A stretch of DNA of 56,640 bases, counting the filler, from Sphacelaria rigidula (Eukaryota), in assembly GCA_964200075.2 (NCBI GenBank). It is 5 parts of 5 records of this genome, joined end to end, with 100 filler letters (N's around TTAATTAATTAA, not from the genome) between each part and the next. Parts side by side here need not be neighbours in the genome. Positions count along the whole stretch, not along the records: positions 34,047 to 45,293 come from CAXNAA020005173.1; positions 45,394 to 56,640 come from CAXNAA020005174.1; 3 more parts are not named here. The stretch is one strand, 5' to 3'. The number at the start of each line of letters is the position of its first letter. The stretch's first letter is position 1. A program made the position numbers and the translations under genes. Positions 36,875 to 48,900 of this stretch are shown here, piece after piece. The notes below the pieces were generated by a model. The model searched no databases, was not told the DNA's origin, and saw only the letters and a list, made by a program, of their open reading frames with translations.

Positions 36875-39800
36875 TGCGTGTGTGTGTGTGGAGGTTACGT
36901 CACATCGAAGCACGTAGTGTGGGGAGCACGGAGGGGTCTTATATTTTCTTCTCGCCTGGTACCATAGTTTGACGATTCTTCAGTTCGTTCATTACCCACT
37001 GTCGAAAAACACCCCACGCGAGCCATCGCTCTACTTGCCCTCGTACATGTGGTGACACGTTTGAAGAAGTGCCGTTTCTTTCTCTCGAGAGATTACCAAA
37101 CCTGAGGTTGTAACTGCGACCACGCGTGCACCCGCGACAAGACCACGACTCAGGGTTGTAAAGCAACAAACGGTCAAGGGTTGAGTTTTGATGCAATTAT
37201 GATTTGATTAGGTAATCATATACAACATTTCTGCTGACTGTTGATCAAAAATAAAAGAGGATCAATCATTTGATTATTTGGGTAAGTGAAAGAGACGTTT
37301 TGTTCTACATTTGTGGTGCCTCCTGATTTGATTCATTTATTCGACGCTTCTCATCCTCCGCCCATGTCTACCGGCATTTGTGACGTATGTATGCGGCTGT
37401 AATGCACAATATGTATGTTAAGGGCGTGCGTGTGTGACGGGGCATGGGCTGGGTAATGAAAGTACAAGCGCATTGAGGCAGCCGGAGCCTTGATCTGCTA
37501 ATATTGTTTCCAAAATAATAAAAATTACGGTCAGTTGATTTCATCAAGTCATCAACCCTAGTTGATGATGATCAACTGATCACGATTAAATCAACTCGAC
37601 TAAAGACCAAATAATTAACAATCAAATCAACGCGAATACTGCGTTGATGTACAACCTTACTACGAATAAGCGTTACGTCTACGGGCAAGACGGTATCAAG
37701 ACAAGACTCCCACGCAAAAAATAAGACCGGCAGCATGCCGTGGAAAAAGTATTGAAATGTATTTCATTTGATCCGTGGAAGGTCACTATGACAGGCACGA
37801 GTGGGAATGTTCAGAACAGTACGAAGCTGGGGGTAAGCGCACTTGATACCTCCACATACCCTTCTGCAATACCACCCTCCCCTCCCCTCCTCCTCTACCT
37901 CCGTTGAAAACAAACACACGCAGCGGTATTTTCTCTTTATGAAACAACATCAAGCATTTCAAATACTACAAACATATCTACGACAAAACAAGCGCCCACG
38001 GGTGGGTGTGGCGCGGTGGGTTGGTGGGTTGGTGCATTGTTTGGTGCATTGTTTGGTGGGGGTGGGACTGTGCCCTTCGGTTTAAGCGTTTGGTGGGTAA
38101 GTGGGTAAAGATCTGTGTGACTCACACGTTTAACAACGGGAGACGCAAAAAAATGCAAATCTACAGGCAAACTGGGGGTCAAATTTTACCATACATCTGG
38201 GGGGTTCTACAGTGCAACCTTGTTTGCACGACATATATTTGCCACCTGGCGTGAGAAACGTAATATGAGACACGAACGCATCTCCCCCGTATGGAGAAAA
38301 CGAATGTGGAAACCCCTTCGGAATATTCGTAGGTGCCCGCTCTGCGTATGGTGGGCTTACGGCTGTTGTCACTACTGGCTGCGTGGTGTGTTGGTTTGGT
38401 ACGCTTTCCCTGCTTGGGCCTGGAGAGCTGCTGGTCCTGCTATTTGCCCTTGGAGACCGCAAATACACAGTGTGGGAAAAGCGTGACAATGCGGCTAGCT
38501 GTTGGTGTTGCTGCACTTGCTTGTCAGGCTACGTGGGATCCTACTCGTGATTCTAACGATGACTTTTTCGATTTTGCACAGTACATTTACGACGATCTCT
38601 TCCGAGAGCATCTCGGCGGCAAATCGCACCCACAACGCTCTTGCATCCCACGACCCAGAGGGGTTAGAACCCCGATGTTAACACACAGTTCTTGCACCAC
38701 CTCTTTGCATACAAGTAAAGAAACTTGCAGGGCGCGGATTCACGATGCCAGCTGATGAAGACAACTATGCGACGCTCGTGAGATATACCGGTGATGGTAA
38801 CGGCGGGTCCCACGCGTTCCCCAATCGTGCACTGCTCTATCTGGGCCGGGTGCACTATATAACCATGCCCCCTTGGGTGTGTCGTGACTGTGTGTACTAT
38901 AGCCGCCCGCTACATGTATGATCGTGTGCTGCTAGCATGTCCTGGTGATGCGGCTGCGGTGGGTTGCAATATATTTCTGTTGCGCGTGCGCATCATGAGT
39001 GCCGTTCTGAATATCGTCTTCAAAAACAATAAAACGGCCACCAGGCGCAGCGCACATATATAACAGTGCACGCTTAGACTACCACTACAGCAACAACGGC
39101 GCGCTGTGTTCTCGACAAAGAGAGGCACGCCACCTGACCATGTCCCCGTGGGTCTGTCTTGAGACCCTGTGTACCGTTTCCTTCCGCTACATACATAATC
39201 GTGTGCTGTTGGCATGTCCCAGGGATGTAGCTGCCGGGGGTTACGATACATTTCTGTCGAGTTTGCATTGTGTATGCTGCACGGGCAGGGTCACACTGCA
39301 GTATGCAGGGCTAAGAAGAGCCTACTGGCGCTGTTCCTCGTCATTCCGGATGTTTGCCTGGAGGGTGAAGAGGAGACGACTGACTTCCCGAAGGAAGCCC
39401 TTCAGCCGCATGCTGATGCCATCGAGGCCTTCTGGGAGATACATGAACGGGCACCTGTGACTGTAGCGGTGGTCGCGGGAATGGGAAGGGTTGTATCGCA
39501 GGCCACTGTATGGGACTCGGGAGTAGAGTATTCAGTCTCGGACGGATGGCCGGAGAGTAGCTCTTGACCTTCGCGTTTGCCCACGCCGGAAAGGTGGTGG
39601 GTGGGTAACAGATGTGGCACTTCGACTGCTATCTAATGGTGGTAAGTCGGTTGTCTAATGGTGGGTGGGTGGGTGGGTGGGTGGGTGAGTGGTTTGAGCT
39701 GGGTGGGTGGGGGGGTGGTGTAGTGTGGGTCGAGTGCGTGCTGGGGGGGTGGTGCGTGGTATGATTGGTGCTCAACGTTCTGTTGGCACAAGACGTCTGA

Positions 39801-42800
39801 ACTCAAATTCGAGACGCACGTCGCCTGGCGAGCCGCCAGCTCTCGTTGATTGGACACTTTTTCATCATGACCGGAGATTGGTTGACTTCCTCTTCGCCCC
39901 AACGAGGCACCAACATACCGTATTCGCTTCGCGCTTGGTGATTGATTGCGAGCCTGGTCCGGGTCAAATTCATGTATACCTACTCCAATTTGTTTTTTAT
40001 AAGCTTCACATTACTGGTAAATTGATGCATACCTACTCCAAAATAAATTAATAATATGTCTGTGTCACAGCACTTCACGATGAATAGGTATTTTTCTTTC
40101 CAGAAAGACATGAAACGTTTGATTTTCTCTCCCGGCATTCTTGATTGGTGTAGTTTCGGACGACTATGCATGCACGAGTGCGAAGTGAATGCAAAGGCAG
40201 AAATGTACTTTGAAGTATACATCATCCTACGACATAAACTATTAGCCTATCTCGTCAGCAATCAATCAACATCGTCATCACCTTCTCAACGGGAATCGAC
40301 ATTCTTGCAGCAGGCCGACAGAACGGGAGGGTGACGACCAACATCTGGTCTTCCTCGCGGTAACTGGCAACCGTTGCCCATCCGATCGGCGTCATGACTT
40401 GACTGTCTCTCCTGGTGTAGTAAAACAGATCTATCTCGTGAGTCAACATGAGGTGATCTGCGGCAACATATCATGCGCAGTTTCAAACGCGGAATGCGGT
40501 GCAGAGGGGGGAGGGTGTGTGTGTGCTCAAGAGGAGGGATCGAGGGAAGGCGTACTCATTTGTTGCTTGCCTCAGTCGTTTTATCATTGACCGCGTATCC
40601 TTTTCGAGAGGGAGCACCATTCCTACTCCTCAGAGAGACATACCCAACACCTGGGCGCTCATTATGTTTCTTCCATACATAACACAAAACTATTTCACGT
40701 ATCTTACTCCCTTCCTGTTTCGCCGTGTTTGGCCACTATCCATCTCCTATTGTGGTGATCGCTTTCTCGCTACTTTTCATGCCATATTTCTCTTTCGAAC
40801 ACTTCCAGTTCCTCCTTGTGTCGTTCACGTTCTCCCACTTTATGAAATATACTCTCTAGTGTGTTGCCACAGCGGCGTAGGAGGGCGCGCGGGGGGTGTA
40901 CTCATGATTCTGCACCCGTAGCCGTAAAACGGTAGACCGCGCACCCCCACAAAGCCGGGACGGAGCACGACGGGTTTTCGCCGGACCAGGCTCGCAGTAA
41001 CCAAGCGCAAAGGGCCATGATGTGTTCGGCGATTCGCATAAAGGTCGAACTGCATCCTGCTAAAATTGTTCGGCCCGAAGCGTACTGATTGTCGTGCATT
41101 CAGATGACAGCCTCCAAGGAGTTGCTTCGTTTTCCGGTATCACCGCTTCCAGAGACAGCCATGGGTGACACTACCTCATGGATATCTCGCAGTATGAACA
41201 CTCCGTAGTATGGTCATCCCGTTTGCGCAGAGCTGAGGTTCTCTTCCTAGCACAGTATGACCTGACTGAACAAAACCTGGGTTCATGAAGAACAACTACT
41301 ACATGGAACACGCCACCTACCCTGCTCGTGCTTTTCCCTGTTTTCCTTCACCACTGCCAAGCGTTTCTCCATATCCGCGATCCTCTTCTCGCATCGCATT
41401 TTGTGAAGGAGCACTTCTCTCAGCTGCTCTGTCGTATCCCTCAGTCTGGCAATTGATTGTTCCATGAGAAATTCCTGAGGCCGAGGGGAGCACGGTTGCG
41501 ATGATTAAAAACAGGGGTCTGGACAGCGATGACAAAGCTGAGCATCACCATCAACTTGAACTGACTGGGTGAGTCGATTTCTCAGTAAAACCGGACAAGA
41601 ATGCTCGCAGGTTACGTGGCACTTCTGATTCCGTAGTCTCAAACGATAACCGCATAGAGTATTTGTGCTTTATGTTGAAACGGGGGGTCAAAAACTTTTT
41701 TTTCGAGTGCAGTATGGGGTAAGAGGGACAGAGTCGTTTAGGTCACGCACCGTCGATTCAGGGTGCCCGTGAAATTCGGTCGAACGGTCAGGAACACAAC
41801 GCTCATCTGCATGAGGGAGATGAGAATCAAGTGGTACCCTGCGGGAACACATACTACGGTCGTTCGATCGTAGATTTTCCGCAGCTTTGACGCAAAAACA
41901 AAACCATTTTCCTCATGTTTCACAACTCTGTTCATTCACGCGATCCAGTCTTGATCGTGACTGCTGCACGACAACGAGTACCCACATGTACAAATTGAAC
42001 TAGAACCGAATGTATTTACGCAAAACGTTAACCCCTGGCTTTTGCAGCATAGTATGACAAGTTGAGTACATGTTGATCGGAAGCAAAAAACGTGAACGCG
42101 GATAATAAGATCACGGAAACAATTAGCCTTCAATGGGAAAGTCAAACAATAATGGCTATGAAAAAGTCAAAGTACAAGGATCCTATACGTATGTCTCCCA
42201 ACAAATTCCGTGGGACCAGTCGGCAAGATTTTAGCACGGATTTCTCTTCCACCCTCAATAGCCATTAACGCACCGAACGCTTCACTCGTATCATACGTGG
42301 TCAGGGAAAACGCAGTGACCCGCGAGTAAACCGGTCAGGCGGTATCGCCTGTACAGATAAGTTACTACAGTAGCTGTCGTCGTGTACCGGCGTTCACCTC
42401 CTCGACGGGTATACAGGACCCCAAACGGAAATGTCCAACAGAACGTTCACACCGACCTGCCCGGCAAAATTCATTTCCGCCTCCGTGAGGTCGCGCGTGA
42501 CCTGGGCAAGCACATCCACCCAGTGTCGATGCCTGCGATCAGCATCTTTTCGTATTTCCAGCATCCGCTCACATTCTCCCAACTCTGTTTCTGCTCGCGA
42601 AACAACCAACTCCAGGGCGGGGATGTCGCTGTGAGCCCTCTGGAGGATCTGGTATTTTTTACATGAAACATAATAAACAATAATAGTATAAATTGCCTCC
42701 GCCGCGACCCGGTGGTGTTATGGTCAGCCTGTCGTCGTTAGGGTGGAGAGAACGAGGGTTCGATTCCCGATGCGTTGGGGTTATTTGTTCGTAATATCTG

Positions 42801-44003
42801 ATTTCCACCGTAGGAAGCGGGAGGATGTGAGTAAACAAAATCTTCGACTGGGTTTAGTTGACCGTTGGCGACGCGGTGTGGCAGTGGTGATAGTCATGAC
42901 CCAATCCGCGAGACGAAAATACAAGGCGCGTACCGGGGGAGAGATGAGTTAATCCCTTGAGACCACGTACTCCTCACGAGGAAGGGAACGAGTTCACAGT
43001 GCGACAAGTGAAAAAAAAAAAAAGCAGATGCATTCTTTCTGATGTAGGGCTCATAGCTATTATACACACAGCGGCGTAGCAGGGCAAACGTTGTACTGCC
43101 GCCGGTGTGAAGGTAACAAAAGACACCAGCTTTATCCACTGGGTGTTTGAAAGACATGACGGTAGCTTCCGACATCGCCGCATCATCGCTTTACTGTGCA
43201 GCAGGTCTACGCCCAAGCGTCAAAGGTACAGGACACAGGCGGTTGATGACAGAGGTCGAGTACGCACACACCGAAACAGGTGGCTGGCGCGTACCACGAC
43301 TGTACTGAAACGCCTGCGAACCGATGTTACGACGCGATACTCGCAGGATAGGTCGTCAGTCTGATTGTAAATGACCTTTGACTACGCACTATTTGTCTGA
43401 ACTACGGTGCTAGGTTTCCTTCAGTCCCCAAAACTCTCAGGTCGTGTCTTCTTACCGAGATGAGAACAAACCATCACGTATCGAAAAAAAAGCAAGGATT
43501 TTATATGTCAACATAATAGAACTTCACAAGGCTTTGATGATGCCTTGCTCGTGATTGCAAATACTTTTTATTCTATTTTTTGAAATCGCCAAATCATTCA
43601 AGAGAAATTCAGCAAAGCGATCGCTTACTTCGTTTTGCCGTTTGTGGTAAACGGAGAGCACAACCATTCAATGGTGAATTGAAAAAAAGGTATTCGCATA
43701 TCATCCATTGCTGGCTCACGATCGACGCGACTGCGCTATGGCAATCGCGTTTCTTTCGCATAGCGTACCTGACGATACTCCACTCGATCATGCGTCTGCT
43801 CTCTCCGTAATTTTTGCAGCTCAGAAATACGAAGGTGGCTGATATTGATGCGATTGAACAGGGACAGGATGTCGAGGAAGCGAGCTTTGCGTCGCCCATC
43901 ATACGTGCGGTAGGTGAGCGGTCCGGCCCTTGTAGCGTTGTCATACCACGCCATCATGACGGTCTTCATTTCCTTCGCTTCCACATCTCCCTCGGCCTCG
44001 CGT
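35151..44003 (-). CDS. Uncharacterised coiled-coil protein with SH3-like VxTPxGxxxV motif; partial, 6 exons
   Basis: Exons 44003-43769, 42648-42457, 41474-41317, 40411-40282, 36724-36584 and 35297-35151. All are AG/GT-bounded with compatible phases (0,0,2,0,0), giving a continuous E/R/K-rich helical protein containing QVMTPIGWATVASYREEDQMLVVTLPF. Confidence 0.85.
36035..36563 (+). pseudogene. 5'-truncated LINE: decayed C-terminal zinc-knuckle region and C-rich tail
   Basis: IKTY..DYAK*LKVRFRVGNLDLPER..QNCLCGEAVGSRTHIVAG*..ERDVLEGEM..ILGDGRWPQTAKQ..GAPSRKGC; ends GAGTACGCCCTCCCCCC. Confidence 0.8.
36828..36890. repeat. (GT)n microsatellite
   Basis: More than 25 GT units. Confidence 0.95.
37151..37659. 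mobile_element. hAT-type MITE with AATCA/TGATT subterminal motifs
   Basis: TIR CAGGGTTGTA / TACAACCTTA; decayed 8-bp TSD CCACGACT / CTACGAAT. Confidence 0.7.
40890..41262 (-). mobile_element. C-tailed SINE-like family A
   Basis: Reverse complement aligns with 12870-13245 and ends GAATCATGAGTACACCCCCC. Confidence 0.85.
42699..43023 (+). mobile_element. tRNA-derived SINE family B with poly-A tail
   Basis: GGTGGTGTTATGG A-box, GGTTCGATTCCC B-box, conserved body, A13 tail. Confidence 0.88.
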
Positions 44004-44631
44004 CTTTTGTTGTTGTGAAAGAGAAAAGGGAAAAAAATGGCATGTGAGCGAAACACATATATCCTGCCCGCCCTCCTCCTTACCCGGTATCAGACGTGAG
44101 CGTCCAGAACAGTAACATACAGGTTCCTGTCACGTTTTGTATTTTGCCGCATTGTGCTAGTGCTGTACCGCGTCACAATGTTGTGGTGTGAAGCGACTAC
44201 GTGTGTACGTGCTGTAGGTACGTGTCAGTTTCAAGTGTTCAGCCTATTCGCTTCAGTTTTCAGCTCGTGTGTGCTGTTCCAGCCGCCACCGGTGAGTAGA
44301 CGGCGCGAAAAACCCGTTGGTTTATCAATACACTCAGTCTACGCAACGAAATCCTCTGAATCTCCCCAAAAGTCGACCAAGTCCTGGTAATTCACACCTG
44401 TACTGAATATTGACATCTTGTGAAAAGGTGATGAGCGCTTGACGGACGCTTGTGGAAGTTTTCCATTTCACGTGGGAGTATCCACATATACCTCGATCAT
44501 GCGGAGCCCCGTACCCCCCGCATTTCACTCCGTTACAAACCACCCACGCAGTGCGCCACCAACGCCNNNNNNNNNNCGCTGTTGGTGGTTTTTTCTTTTC
44601 TCCGGGGGTGCCCCCACACCCCCCCCCCCCT

Positions 44632-44666
<35 letters not shown>

Positions 44667-44699
44667 CCGAATCCTTTTCTAACCCCCCTTCATGGATCA

Positions 44700-44975
44700 A
44701 GTACAGTGACAGGGAAGACTCGGATCGTATGCAACACAGCAACAAAGTGGTGGGATAAGAAATTAAAAGAGGCTATAAGAGCAAGGAGAGAGGGTCACGC
44801 AAAATAAACACGTAGTGAAACTACGGTTCAGTGGGAGGAGTATGCTGAAGCTAGAGAAGACGTAAAAGTATGGTGGGAAATGAAAAAAAGGGAACGTGGA
44901 AGATGAAGTGAATAAAGCAAATGAAGACTTTGATGGCGGGATGAAGCAAATGTGCGTAGGTATAAAAGGGTAAAG
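44700..44975 (+). pseudogene. LINE ORF fragment (region between endonuclease and RT)
   Basis: IVCNTATKWWDKKLKEAIRARREGHAK...WEEYAEARE...NEDFDGGMKQM; the WW motif followed by a helical linker is typical of APE-type LINEs. Confidence 0.65.
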
Positions 44976-44999
44976 GAAGGAGTACTCAGCAAGCGTATG

Positions 45000-45293
45000 G
45001 TGAGACACCCATGACGCAGTGTATAAGCCATGGCTGTCTCTGAAAGTGGCGATCCCAAATGATAAAGCAGCTCATTGGAGGCTGTCATCTAAATGCAAGA
45101 TAATCAGTAGGCTTCGGGCCGAACAATCTTAGCAGGGTGCAGCTCACCCTTCATGCGACTCGCCGAACACACCACGGCGCTGGATGATTGAGTGCGAGCC
45201 TGTTCCGGCGAAAATCCGGCGTGCTCCGTCTCGGCATTATGGGGATGCGAGGTCAATGGTCTGATGACTATGGCATGCATGATCATGAGTACC
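45000..45293 (+). mobile_element. C-tailed SINE-like family A (cut by contig end at the tail)
   Basis: GAGACACCCATGA...GGTCAATGGTCTGATGACTATGGCATGCATGATCATGAGTACC. Confidence 0.85.
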
Positions 45294-45393
45294 NNNNNNN
45301 NNNNNNNNNNNNNNNNNNNNNNNNNNNNNNNNNNNNNTTAATTAATTAANNNNNNNNNNNNNNNNNNNNNNNNNNNNNNNNNNNNNNNNNNNN
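45294..45393. other. Artificial 100-bp contig spacer
   Basis: N44-TTAATTAATTAA-N44. Confidence 0.97.
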
Positions 45394-45953
45394 ATTTTGA
45401 GCCGTGATGATTTGTTCTAACCGTGAAAAAATGGGACAGGAGCCCCCCCCCTCCACCCCCCCCCCCCCCCACCCCTTGAAGATACTCCGAAATTCGAAAC
45501 TTGGAGCTATATTTTTCTGTAGAGCTGGGGCCTCCGACACAAGCCTCCCACTGCAGCACTACATGGTTGATTGTGCGTGCCTTCTGGTGCTCGATCTGCT
45601 TGTCGCACACCCATGGTTGACACTTGGCACTTCTTAACACCAGAGTCATTCGCTGTGCACAACACCCGAAGAAGCCTTCTCAGAGCCGAAAGAGGGTGCA
45701 ATCAATCGTCTTGAATCTTGTCCGAAAGAAAAAAGTACTGCCCCTCTCGATGTGCGACTAAAAAGTTACCGTCTCGTTCCAGTCCGTCACTGCCCGTCGT
45801 CTCCAATACACGATGCTCACCTCATCTTGCGTGCTCCGTGAAATGATGAGAAAGAGAAGATACAAGTGGACAATGAAATCGACATGATGATCGTCACAAC
45901 TGCACATGCTTCCCCTGCCCCTGCAAGATTTAGATTTGACCGCACTCGCGAGG

Positions 45954-48900
45954 ATGGAAGCTCAATCACGAAGCATTTTCATGGGGGAACAGCAGTACCA
46001 GTCATGTGGACTTGATAATTGCATGACATCTGACGGAGATTCCTCTGAGAGTGTTGACGGAGATGAGAAACAGCTTGTCCCGAAAGAGGGAGGACGCTGG
46101 GAGTATGAACATAACTGCTGGAATCTTTTTGAACGACACCGATGATTCACCGCTCTTTCGGGCAGCGGAAGGGGGCGCGATTGCCGCGAACCACGAAAAA
46201 TGTGACAAACTGTAGGCACAACGAGCAAGTAGACCCCTCCTCCCCTCTCACCTAGTGTCCCTCCCTTCCCTGAAGAATCCCGGATTGTGTGAAAAGGCGC
46301 GGTACAGATTATGCTGCATGAAACTGAAGCTCGTGTTTCCATGACGATGATGTAGTAGTCGCTCCCGTCTCCCCCTGATTTGCCTCGTCTCGGCCAGGTT
46401 CACGAGGCACCGGCGTTTAATAGCGTTCATCAGCCCCGCTATCATCGCGCACATCATCTGGTGGAGCTATGCCGCTAGCAACCCATCTACGTTCGACCTC
46501 TTCACCGAAAGCACGGGCACAAAAGACACACCCAACTGGTACATGTGCGTGACCATGGTGTTTGGATCCATGATCGCCGGTGCCACCAGTGAGGTACGCA
46601 CTCCTGTCCGTGTTGGAAGAAATGAACGAGACGAAAGAGCAAGGCGATCACGTTGAACAAAACGAACAATTATCTGCCCGCAGTATGCCAATGACCCAAA
46701 ATCGACCATTATTGGCCCAGATCTGTGCAGCATGTCCCTGGTTGGTGTCGGTTCCTGGCGTAACACGCCACGTTTGTTATTCCTCTCCTGGCATGACCAT
46801 GTTGTGTATCAATAGACCTGAATTTCTAACACGCCTTTCAGACCTCCATCCTCCTAGTTCCGCACTGTCTGATACACATAGCCGGTTCTGTACTCTCTGT
46901 AAAGACAACGATGAACAAATACTCTCTCTGGGCTATGCGAGTCTTGTGTATCTGCTAATGCCGCTGCGAGTCATGTATTCGGATGAACTGTCATACCCTG
47001 CTTGTCGAAAGCAGTCTCCGCTTTCCACTTGAAGTATTGGGCTACGGGAATCCCTCAACACGTGCATATAGGCTCACATCTCACAGATAGGGGGTGACTC
47101 GAAGTGAAAAATAATACTGGCGCGCGAAGCTCCATTATGGCCGAGCATTTGAAAACTGTCACTCGGCTAAAATCGACGACCCACCCGATATCAGGGGAAC
47201 AATTATCGCATGGGAGGCTCGTGTGTAGGTGTCGCTGCGCTGTCGTGTCTTCAGGTCTTTGTGAAGACGGTTTGATCTCCGCTAGGGCTACCTGCGTTGC
47301 CTTGTTGTCAGTTCTTTCGTCTCGGTGAAGAAAAATGTTTTCGGCACGCAGTGTTCTCCACACACTGTTGAAACAACCATGGTGTGTTGGCCGTTTCGTC
47401 TCGAGTCAAACGAACAAGGCGTTTCCCAAACCCTTTATTTCTGTGCCTGAGGTGTTGCTGTGCTGTTGTGCATTTGAACACTACGAAGTTCATGGTGCGA
47501 TGTGCGCTGGAGGGTGCCTGAACCGTTGCTGCTCCATGACGTGTTTCGGTCTGCACCAAATTCGGGTGGGATCAAGGTGTTGTTTGGGCAAACGTTGGAA
47601 CAACCGTCACGGTAAGGCTGTACAGCTGTCTGTGGCGTCACATCTGGTACTTGAGTTCAAGTTAGGTGCCGCAATCGAGGAAGACACGCACTGCGGGTCC
47701 GTGCAGGTTGGGGCCAAAAAATTGAGCCAGCACCGAGCTGCTGTATCCTTGATCGATGGTGGCAGGTAGCAGCTGTCTGTCTCGCGGCGGCGCAATGTGT
47801 GGGCCAATCCAAGCTACTTTTCGACTCATACTCCGCTCGTTTTTCTCATCTGATTCGAGAAAGCTCGCCGCATTTTGGTGTATTTGAAGATTCTGAATGG
47901 TCGAAAAGCCTCTCGCCTCATCATTTCTGCCTCGATATGTGGGCCCATGCCTGCGTTTGTCGTGTTTCTCTTATTTCAACACTCATGTGGGATTGAGAGT
48001 TTGCGTCTTCCAAAACAAAGTGCCAAAAAATGGTTGTTGACACTGATGCTGACCTTGACCGACAAGAATTATTGACCCTTGCTTCCACGACCTGACTCTT
48101 GAGACATTATTTTTGAAAATATCTGCTGACTGCTGACAGGGTGGCGCTGCCGTGGCTTTCCCCGTGATGACCATCGCCTTCGGCATCCTTCCATCGGTAG
48201 CTCGCGACTTCTCCTTCATGATTCAAAGTGCTGGAATGACCTCTGCCGCAGCCACCATAGCCCTCATGCGGGTGCAAGTGGAGATGCACTCTGTGCTGTG
48301 GTCGACGCTCGGTGGCCTCTGCGGTATCATTCTTGGTCTCGAAAAGGTACACAGTAGTGAGTAGTTTCGGGCTCAACTGTAACTGTTGGGGGTCTGCCCA
48401 GGAGAGATGAGCACATTATCTGAAGGTAGACGTTGTTTTGCTCTCCAAGAGCTTGTCACACTGTCCTCGCGAGGGTACAGGTAAAAGTGTCAAAGTATCC
48501 GTCATTGTTTCCACGTGTATAGGAGGCTGTATGTGCCATGAGGTATTGGTACGTGATCCGCCTCGACGTGGAATGTCTTCGCGCGAAGCCCCCGTCGTCA
48601 AGCATCCCCGGACCCTCTCCTGGCAACACACGATGACACGATGAAAAAAACAGGTGGCACCGCAGCTGACGCCTCCCTACTCCAAGATGTACTTCGTGTG
48701 CACCTGGGCTGCGTTTGCGTTTTCTCTCTTCTGGCTCAACCGCATGTATGGCCGCCGAGTGTTCACGTCCATCCCCCGCTGGGAAGAGGGCGTACTCTGG
48801 GAGAAGAAAATCGTTCTTCGCAAGGCGGCCGAGAACGAGACCGACGACTCGACGTTTTCGATTGGATTGAACTGGAAGGCTTGCATCGTGTTCACCGCTG

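Noticed and set aside
12430-44003. One giant minus-strand gene joining the exons of segments 2, 3 and 4
   Set aside because: The segments are separate contigs joined by artificial spacers, and the seg2 gene has its own start codon.
45400-45700. First exon of a gene divergent from the TauE-family gene
   Set aside because: An open frame exists, but it has weak donors, no recognisable motif, and is cut by the contig end.
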